Positions 52,139 through 57,238 of a DNA stretch of 57,238 bases are shown piece by piece. The stretch lies in the NCBI GenBank assembly GCA_001723645.1, contig MDLC01000015.1, positions 1-57,238 on the forward strand. Direction: 5' to 3'. The notes beneath the pieces are model-generated. The model had not been told where the DNA came from and made no database searches. It was given only the letters and a program-made list of their open reading frames with translations. The stretch comes from Candidatus Endobugula sertula (GTDB taxonomy: Bacteria; Pseudomonadota; Gammaproteobacteria; Pseudomonadales; Cellvibrionaceae). Positions within the stretch are counted from its first letter, which is position 1, and every line of letters starts with the position of its first letter. Position numbers and translations under genes: made by a program.

Positions 52139-52293
52139 TGGAGTGCGAGGCTGGGTGAAAGAAGTGTTGTTAGCAAAGCACTGCTTTGTACTTCTTGAAC
52201 GCCCAAAACTTATAATTTTTGGCCGGCCCGCTTGCGGCAAACCAGCGTATACGGAGGTTGCAGCTCCGCGCATCGTCTCTCTGCCACTCGCAC
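52139..52293 (-). tRNA. tRNA-Cys (GCA) with an 87-nt T-loop
   Basis: Acceptor GTGCGAG/CTCGCAC perfect. Anticodon stem CGGAG/CTCCG, loop CTGCAAC. T-stem GCTGG/CCAGC perfect, enclosing + strand 52155-52241. Discriminator U as expected for Cys. CCA encoded. Confidence 0.55.
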
Positions 52294-52310
52294 AAAATAG
52301 TTATTCAGAT

Positions 52311-52384
52311 TGGCAACAGCGTCAGGATTCGAACCTGGAATACCGGAGTCAAAGTCCAGTGTGTTACCGTTACACCACGCTGCT
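52311..52384 (-). tRNA. tRNA-Gln (TTG)
   Basis: Anticodon stem CTGGA/TCCGG, loop CTTTGAC. D stem GTGT/ACAC. T-loop TTCGAAT. Discriminator G. CCA encoded. Confidence 0.75.
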
Positions 52385-52392
52385 ATATTTTT

Positions 52393-52481
52393 TGGTCGTG
52401 AGGAGCGGGTTTGAACTCTCGCAGCACTCTTGTTACTGTGCGGATTAGCAATCCGCTGCCTTACCACTCGGCCACATTTCC
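52393..52481 (-). tRNA. tRNA-Ser (GCT)-like type II gene, probably degenerate (acceptor halves and T-stem poorly paired)
   Basis: 5' half matches Ser (TG-GCC-GAGTGGTAA-GGC, anticodon stem GCGGA/TCCGC, loop TTGCTAA). 3' acceptor CCTCACG does not pair with 5' GGAAATG. T-stem GAGAG/CCGCT is mispaired. Confidence 0.4.
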
Positions 52482-52487
52482 AATAAT

Positions 52488-52629
52488 TGGTTGCGGTGGC
52501 TGGAATAACCAAAGTACTTTCTGTACTTTGCTCTGCGAGTGCTTCGCTGCTCAAAATGCTCCAGGCATTTTGTCGAACCAACAAGTTCGGGCATATGAAA
52601 CCCGCGAGTAGCCATAGCTCAACACCGCT
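52488..52629 (-). tRNA. tRNA (anticodon CAT) with a 74-nt T-loop, same architecture as 51518-51658
   Basis: Acceptor (A)GCGGTG/CACCGCA. Anticodon stem CGGGT/GCCCG, loop TTCATAT. T-stem GTTGG/CCAGC encloses TTCGACAAAATGCCTGGAGCATTTTGA...GGTTATT (+ 52504-52577). D-arm weak. CCA encoded. Confidence 0.5.
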
Positions 52630-52640
52630 TCAAATAGTAG

Positions 52641-52715
52641 TAGGCCAAGGCGGATTCGAACCGCTCCTTATCCCGCTTATGAGGCGGGTGCATTCACCGA
52701 TTATGCTATTGGCCT
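52641..52715 (-). tRNA. tRNA-Met/Ile2 (CAT), CCA not encoded
   Basis: Acceptor AGGCCAA/TTGGCCT perfect. D stem GCAT/ATGC. Anticodon stem CCCGC/GCGGG, loop CTCATAA. T-loop TTCGAAT. Confidence 0.75.
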
Positions 52716-52725
52716 AATTTAAAAT

Positions 52726-52809
52726 TGGTGTAGGCAGATGGAGTTGAACCACCAAAGCTTTCGCGACCGGGTTACAACCGGCTAGAGTCACCACGTCTCT
52801 TCTGTGTAC
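52726..52809 (-). tRNA. tRNA-Tyr (GTA), type II; acceptor stem has two internal mismatches
   Basis: Anticodon stem GCCGG/CCGGT, loop TTGTAAC. Long variable arm. T-arm GGTGG-TTCAACT-CCATC. Acceptor GTACACA vs TGCCTAC. Confidence 0.55.
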
Positions 52810-52818
52810 CTGCATAAT

Positions 52819-52895
52819 TGGCTCCGGCAGTTGGGATCGAACCAACGAACTCCTGATTAACAGTCAGGCGCATTACCACTCTGCTTCACACCGGA
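52819..52895 (-). tRNA. tRNA-Asn (GTT)
   Basis: Anticodon stem CCTGA/TCAGG, loop CTGTTAA. T-arm GTTGG-TTCGATC-CCAAC. Acceptor with two G-U pairs. CCA encoded. Confidence 0.75.
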
Positions 52896-52902
52896 ATAAA
52901 AT

Positions 52903-52979
52903 TGGTACAGTGAGCTGGACTCGAACCAGCACTCTCCTGATCTTCAATCAAGCGCTCTACCAATTGGAGCTATCACTGC
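52903..52979 (-). tRNA. tRNA-Phe (GAA)
   Basis: D-arm GCTC-CAATTGGTA-GAGC. Anticodon stem CTTGA/TCAGG, loop TTGAAGA. T-arm GCTGG-TTCGAGT-CCAGC. CCA encoded. Confidence 0.8.
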
Positions 52980-52984
52980 CGTTT

Positions 52985-53015
52985 TATTTGGCACGCGGTG
53001 AAAGAAAAGTATCAA
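52985..53015 (-). promoter_or_regulatory. Candidate sigma70 promoter for the tRNA array (TTGATA-N19-CAAATA, about 5 nt upstream of tRNA-Phe +1)
   Basis: Minus strand reads TTGATACTTTTCTTTCACCGCGTGCCAAATAAAACG then the tRNA-Phe 5' end. Confidence 0.35.
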
Positions 53016-53173
53016 ACCTCATCGAGGAGTGGAACGACAGCAATAAAATTGATCCTGAACGGCTAGAAGACCAGCTCACACCAGAGCGTTATAGGGCGCT
53101 ATTTGATACCCTCGTAGATTGGAATGACTATCTTGACAACCATGCACCGGATATCAAGGAGTTGTTGCTATGA
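52988..53173 (+). CDS. Small hypothetical protein upstream of mobC (possible TTG start just past tRNA-Phe)
   Basis: The listed ORF 52910-53173 overlaps tRNA-Phe. The only plausible start downstream of the tRNA is the TTG at 52988. Confidence 0.25.
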   Translation: MARGERKVSNLIEEWNDSNKIDPERLEDQLTPERYRALFDTLVDWNDYLDNHAPDIKELLL

Positions 53174-53598
53174 ACAATTCTGCGAACCTCAAACAAGCGT
53201 TTGAAACCTCTAGCGCTCAAAATACCATCAAACCTAAAAAGCAGTATGCACGAACATTTTCTATGCGTCTTACGGATGGTGAACGTGATTTCTTAGACCA
53301 GCATAGCGGCTCTTTGTCATGGTCTGGCTATATCCGCAAGCGTGTCTTTGGTGAAAAAGCCGAAAAACGTCGCCCTGTAAAACGAGCTGTGCCAGATACG
53401 GCGCTACTAGCTCAAGTTCTCGCAGAGCTAGGCGCTTCCCGTTTATCTGCCAATATCAACCAACTGGCAAAACACGCCAATATGGGAACGCTGGACGTTT
53501 CGCCTGAAACTGAGCGCGAGATTGAAAGCGCCTGCCGTGAAATCCATACCCTGCGTATGCTGTTGATTGCTGCCTTGGGTGTTCAGCCAGAGGATTAG
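53170..53598 (+). CDS. mobC: MobC-like relaxosome accessory protein
   Basis: 142 aa immediately upstream of, and overlapping, the relaxase gene. Resembles the MobC family. Confidence 0.55.
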   Translation: MNNSANLKQAFETSSAQNTIKPKKQYARTFSMRLTDGERDFLDQHSGSLSWSGYIRKRVFGEKAEKRRPVKRAVPDTALLAQVLAELGASRLSANINQLAKHANMGTLDVSPETEREIESACREIHTLRMLLIAALGVQPED

Positions 53599-53600
53599 AG

Positions 53601-54734
53601 ATGATATTGCACGGCAATCAACGCGGCGGCGCTAAAGATATGGCGCTTCATCTTATGAAAGATGAAAACGAACATATTGAGGTGTACGAGATCAGAGGCT
53701 TTGCTTCTGAAAACCTCATAGGGGCTTTTAACGAAGCCTATGCCATTAGCCGCGCCACACGTTGTAAGCAATTCCTATACTCTCTAAGCTTAAACCCGCC
53801 ACCGGATGAGCAGGTATCTACTGAAAGCTTTAAAAAAGCCATTAATCAGGCTGAACAACGGCTAGGGCTGGATAATCAGCCCCGCGTTATTGTTTTCCAT
53901 GAAAAGCAGGGGCGTAGGCATTGCCATGTTGTCTGGTCACGAATTGATAGCTCTGAATTAAAGGCCATACGGCTTCCTTTTACCAAGTTGAAATTACGGG
54001 AGTTATCCCGCGAATTATTCCTAGAGCATGGCTGGGCTATGCCCGAAGGTTTGCGGGATTCCCACAACCGTGACCCGCGTAATTTTACCTTGGCAGAATG
54101 GCAGCAAGCCAAACGCACAGGCAAGAACCCCAAGCAGGTTAAGGCCGTATTCCAAGAATGCTGGAATATTAGCGATACACAAAGCGCTTTTGCCAATGCC
54201 CTAAAAGAGCATGGTTATATCTTGGCGCGTGGTGATCGGCGCGGCTTTGTTGCGGTGGATTTTAAAGGTGAAGCTTTCGCCGTGTCTAAATGGGTTGGCA
54301 TTAAAGCAAAAGACGTTAAAGCCAAACTCAACGAAGCGGATAAGTTGCTTCCATTTGCAGACGCTAAAGCACACATGGCAAATGCTATGGCGGCAACATT
54401 GCAAAAGGCTCAAGAGCAGCAAAATACCGCTATTCGTGAGCGCCAAAATCAGCTTGAGGCAAGACTTGAAGCCATGGCCATGCAACATAAGCAAGAACGC
54501 CAAAATCTGGAACAAACACAAGATATACGCCGTATTGAAGAAACCAAAACCCGCCAAGCCAGATACAGCAAAGGCTTACGAGGCCTATGGCAACGCCTGG
54601 ATAAGTTCAGGGAACAGGGGCAAAAGCATATCACTCAAGACATACAACAATACCGCGAAATCCAACAACATAAGCGGGATACGTTCAGCATGACAGACCC
54701 ACAAAAACATAGGGGTAGAGGGCTTGAGCGTTAA
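53601..54734 (+). CDS. mobA: Mobilization relaxase (MobA/VirD2-type relaxase/mobilisation nuclease domain)
   Basis: N-terminal relaxase domain (ILHGNQRGGAKDMALHLMKDENEHIEVYE...; H.H.VV motif III). C-terminal coiled-coil. Confidence 0.8.
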   Translation: MILHGNQRGGAKDMALHLMKDENEHIEVYEIRGFASENLIGAFNEAYAISRATRCKQFLYSLSLNPPPDEQVSTESFKKAINQAEQRLGLDNQPRVIVFHEKQGRRHCHVVWSRIDSSELKAIRLPFTKLKLRELSRELFLEHGWAMPEGLRDSHNRDPRNFTLAEWQQAKRTGKNPKQVKAVFQECWNISDTQSAFANALKEHGYILARGDRRGFVAVDFKGEAFAVSKWVGIKAKDVKAKLNEADKLLPFADAKAHMANAMAATLQKAQEQQNTAIRERQNQLEARLEAMAMQHKQERQNLEQTQDIRRIEETKTRQARYSKGLRGLWQRLDKFREQGQKHITQDIQQYREIQQHKRDTFSMTDPQKHRGRGLER

Positions 54735-54822
54735 TTAATTGGTTAAATTTGACTCAAACAGCAAAAAAGTTGTATGCTTAAACATATATGTGTTTATACG
54801 CTTATTTATAGAGGTAACTATC

Positions 54823-55059
54823 ATGACACGTTGGAGTCTTGTTGTTAATAACGAAACCGATCAAAGCTTACGTGCTTTTCTGGGTCAGAAAGGTGCGAAA
54901 AAAGGTGATTTATCCAAATTCGTAGAAGAAGCCGTACTGGATAAATTACTGGCTGAAACAGCAGAAATGATTAAAGAGCGTAATGCTGCCGATGATCAAA
55001 TGAATATTATGAGTACAGTAAATGAAGCATTAGAGGCTGTACGTGCGCATAGTTCTTGA
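54823..55059 (+). CDS. Ribbon-helix-helix antitoxin (start taken at internal ATG 54823 with GAGGT SD; six-frame ORF begins 54739)
   Basis: Small protein whose stop overlaps the PIN toxin start. MTRWSLVVNNETDQSLRAFL is RHH-like. Confidence 0.5.
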   Translation: MTRWSLVVNNETDQSLRAFLGQKGAKKGDLSKFVEEAVLDKLLAETAEMIKERNAADDQMNIMSTVNEALEAVRAHSS

Positions 55060-55459
55060 TACAGGCATTTTAGTTAGCGCATTAATCACCAAAGATACGC
55101 CGCCTGATTGGTTGTACCAATCATGGTGTAAACAAGCCTTTACGCTTGTCACCTCTGAAGAGCAACTGGAAGAAATAAAGCGTGTACTGTCTTATAAAAA
55201 GCTCGAACGTTTTATCAATCAGTCCGAAGCACAAATTCTGCTAGAAGCTCTCCACCGAAAAGCAGATATTGCAACAGACCTACCTTTTGTTGAACTATCA
55301 CCTGACCCTGATGATAACCGTATTATTGCCACGGCGCTGGCTGGGCAAGCGGATTATCTGGTATCAGGCGATAAGGCGGATTTATTGAGCCTTGGCATGG
55401 CTCATGATATTCCCATTCTTACTGCTCGGCAGATGGCAGAACGCTTGAAACTGGGTTAA
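55043..55459 (+). CDS. PIN-domain toxin (VapC-like)
   Basis: MRIVLDTGILVSALI N-terminus with conserved acidic residues. Confidence 0.7.
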   Translation: MRIVLDTGILVSALITKDTPPDWLYQSWCKQAFTLVTSEEQLEEIKRVLSYKKLERFINQSEAQILLEALHRKADIATDLPFVELSPDPDDNRIIATALAGQADYLVSGDKADLLSLGMAHDIPILTARQMAERLKLG

Positions 55460-55475
55460 ATAACAAAGCCATTTA

Positions 55476-56027
55476 TCAATTGAAAAAGTCTCGAATGTCC
55501 ATAATTGCACCTTTCCCGTTAAGGTGCTGGCGCATTTGATTTAGCTTTTCATAAATTGTGACAGTATATATTCCGTTAAAGCTGCCATATATCTTATGGT
55601 CTTCCCCCGTTTCACAATATTTAGGGTTATCCAATGTGTGAAAAGTTCTACAGTGAAATGGCCTTACCTCATATATCGTACATTCGCCTTCATCACCAAG
55701 AAAAGGACAAGGGCTAGTATGTCCGGTAGAAGCAATTAATTGTCTGGGCTTTCTCTTTCGACGGGTCTCTTCCTCTATAAGTTTTGCTTCTAATTCAGTG
55801 ATCGTGACATCAATTTTGCAGCAGTGAGAACATCCTTTCGAGCAAACAGAGAAGGTTTTAACAAAGTCACCATAATCTTCTAAATATTTGTAAATATCTT
55901 TTAGCTTCAAAATAGCTCTTTTATTTTTAGATTGAAGTGTGCTCAGTAACTTCTTGCACTTAATAGCTAATTCATTAGGGATAGCAGGTAATACCGTTTC
56001 TTCACTTTTATCTTTAAACTTTATCAT
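55476..56027 (-). CDS. YkgJ/UPF0153-family Cys-rich (CxxCxxCC) putative zinc/iron-binding protein
   Basis: CSKGCSHCCKID motif plus additional Cys pairs. Confidence 0.55.
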   Translation of the reverse strand: MIKFKDKSEETVLPAIPNELAIKCKKLLSTLQSKNKRAILKLKDIYKYLEDYGDFVKTFSVCSKGCSHCCKIDVTITELEAKLIEEETRRKRKPRQLIASTGHTSPCPFLGDEGECTIYEVRPFHCRTFHTLDNPKYCETGEDHKIYGSFNGIYTVTIYEKLNQMRQHLNGKGAIMDIRDFFN

Positions 56028-56147
56028 TATACGACCTCTGATAACCTCTACGATTAAATCATGATGATATTGATGCCAAAAAAGTGGCTAGTTACACCTT
56101 AGCTGAGAGTAACAAAATAAGTGAACAAAGACGACGATAAGAGGAAC

Positions 56148-56372
56148 CTAAAATGAGGTATTAGGTACTTTTTTAATATAATCACGAACGGCGATGAGTA
56201 TAGGGCTTAGATCTTCGTCTTTGCTATGAATCATCTTCAAAACCGTATCCTCGCTATCGGCTAGATCACAAAGCATAGAGCCATACATTTTCATGTAGCT
56301 GCGGTATTTGCGTTTAAGCTGTGCTGGTGTTGTCATTGCTGGAAGTCCTTTTTTTCTGAGGGGTATATTCAT
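56148..56372 (-). CDS. Hypothetical protein (74 aa)
   Basis: ORF overlapping the recombinase 3' end. Confidence 0.25.
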   Translation of the reverse strand: MNIPLRKKGLPAMTTPAQLKRKYRSYMKMYGSMLCDLADSEDTVLKMIHSKDEDLSPILIAVRDYIKKVPNTSF

Positions 56373-56937
56373 TTAAGATGCGGCTGAGAGTGCGGGTAGA
56401 GATGCCAAATTCTTTGGCTATCTCTTTATGAGTGTATTGCTGTTGGGCTTTCATTTTGAGGAGTGCGCGGGTTTTACGCTGTGATAGTTTACGCCGCCGC
56501 CCAAGGTGTTTGCCGTTTTGTCGGGCGATTTCCAACCCTGCTTTGGTTCGCTCTGAAATAATATCGCGCTCAAGCTCTGCAAAGGCATTGCGGATGGTAT
56601 ACATGCACTTACCCATCGGGGTTGTTGTGTCGATAGCTTCCGTCAAACATTTAAACTCAAGGCCGCGTTGCTGAAATAAATCTAATACGTCTAGTGCGTT
56701 TCTAACCGAACGGAAGGCACGGTCAAATTTCCAAATCACCAGCACATCACCATACTGCATAGACGCAATAGCGCTGTCGAAGCCTGGGCGTGATTTAGCG
56801 ATAGCGGACACGCCCAAGTCTTCGAAGATATTATTCTGCTCACACCCTGCTAATATCAGGGCTTTGCGTTGTAGGTCTAAATTCTGTTCACTGGTGCTAA
56901 CCCGCGCATAACCAATCAAGGCCATAAATCCTCCCAT
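56314..56937 (-). CDS. Serine recombinase (resolvase/invertase family)
   Basis: N-terminal catalytic motif IGYARVSTSEQ and a C-terminal HTH. Confidence 0.85.
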   Translation of the reverse strand: MGGFMALIGYARVSTSEQNLDLQRKALILAGCEQNNIFEDLGVSAIAKSRPGFDSAIASMQYGDVLVIWKFDRAFRSVRNALDVLDLFQQRGLEFKCLTEAIDTTTPMGKCMYTIRNAFAELERDIISERTKAGLEIARQNGKHLGRRRKLSQRKTRALLKMKAQQQYTHKEIAKEFGISTRTLSRILNEYTPQKKRTSSNDNTSTA

Positions 56938-57238
56938 AAAATAATGTCTTCCCTATAACGGTAGACAAAACCGAACGTTTCTGTCTTATAGCCATAAGAT
57001 CACCCAGTCAATAAAAAAGAGAGAAAAAGGCGTTAAAAACGGGCGTAAACAGCCATTTTTTAAGCACAAAATAATCTTATGGAATTATGACGAAATCCTT
57101 CGATTGCGGCGGCTATTAATCTATTGATATTGCTTACTTTTTCTTGTTCTGTATGGGCAGATGCATATTCCACTCCAAGATGAACACCTTCTCCAATTGA
57201 AAATGATCACCCCCTGCGATTAAACGTGATCAGTCTCT

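Noticed and set aside
51518-52293. Interpreting the tRNA inserts as group I introns
   Set aside because: Inserts are 49-87 nt, far below the ~200+ nt needed for a group I catalytic core. Three are in the T-loop rather than the anticodon loop. No P/Q/R/S-like elements were seen.
51637-52717. Six-frame ORFs across the tRNA array (e.g. 51637-51933, 51964-52206, 52043-52273, 52092-52448, 52210-52584, 52411-52611, 52487-52717)
   Set aside because: The region is densely packed with hand-foldable tRNA genes on the minus strand. The ORFs have no RBS, odd composition and overlap one another. They are treated as spurious.

Overview
This is a gammaproteobacterial chromosomal window. The first ~39 kb is mostly housekeeping. 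At the far left are a frameshifted IlvE-like aminotransferase and a glutamate-mutase-like pair. Then come a disrupted yicC next to rph, frmA-frmB, and a complete aa3-type cytochrome oxidase cluster (coxB-coxA-ctaG-coxC-surf1-ctaA-ctaB). These are followed by znuA/zur-znuCB, polA with a Spot42-like sRNA, a porin, pstCAB-phoU, yaaA, and ygfA-6S RNA-zapA.

From ~39.4 kb to the window end the character changes to a mobilizable accessory island. It carries a MobC/MobA relaxase pair, a PIN/RHH toxin-antitoxin, a serine recombinase, a serine-recombinase fragment and an IS630 remnant. The cargo is an RNA-repair and tRNA toolkit:
- two RtcB RNA ligases, one in an rtcB-prfH operon followed by a translationally coupled unknown 297-aa protein that has a ~70 % identical paralog 1 kb away
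- a CCA-adding enzyme, a metallophosphoesterase, an SPFH protein and an HNH endonuclease
- about 18 minus-strand tRNA genes in three blocks (13 in a tight array directly upstream of the second rtcB, 4 directly downstream of it, and 1 plus a 3' fragment further on).

The most unusual observation is that five tRNA genes in the main array carry large intervening sequences (49-87 nt). Each sits between intact, complementary stem halves, in the T-loop in three genes and in or beside the anticodon loop in two. The inserts share short motifs. Bacterial tRNA genes with non-group-I intervening sequences next to RtcB would be new.

All tRNA calls were folded by hand. tRNAscan-SE and Infernal could not be run.
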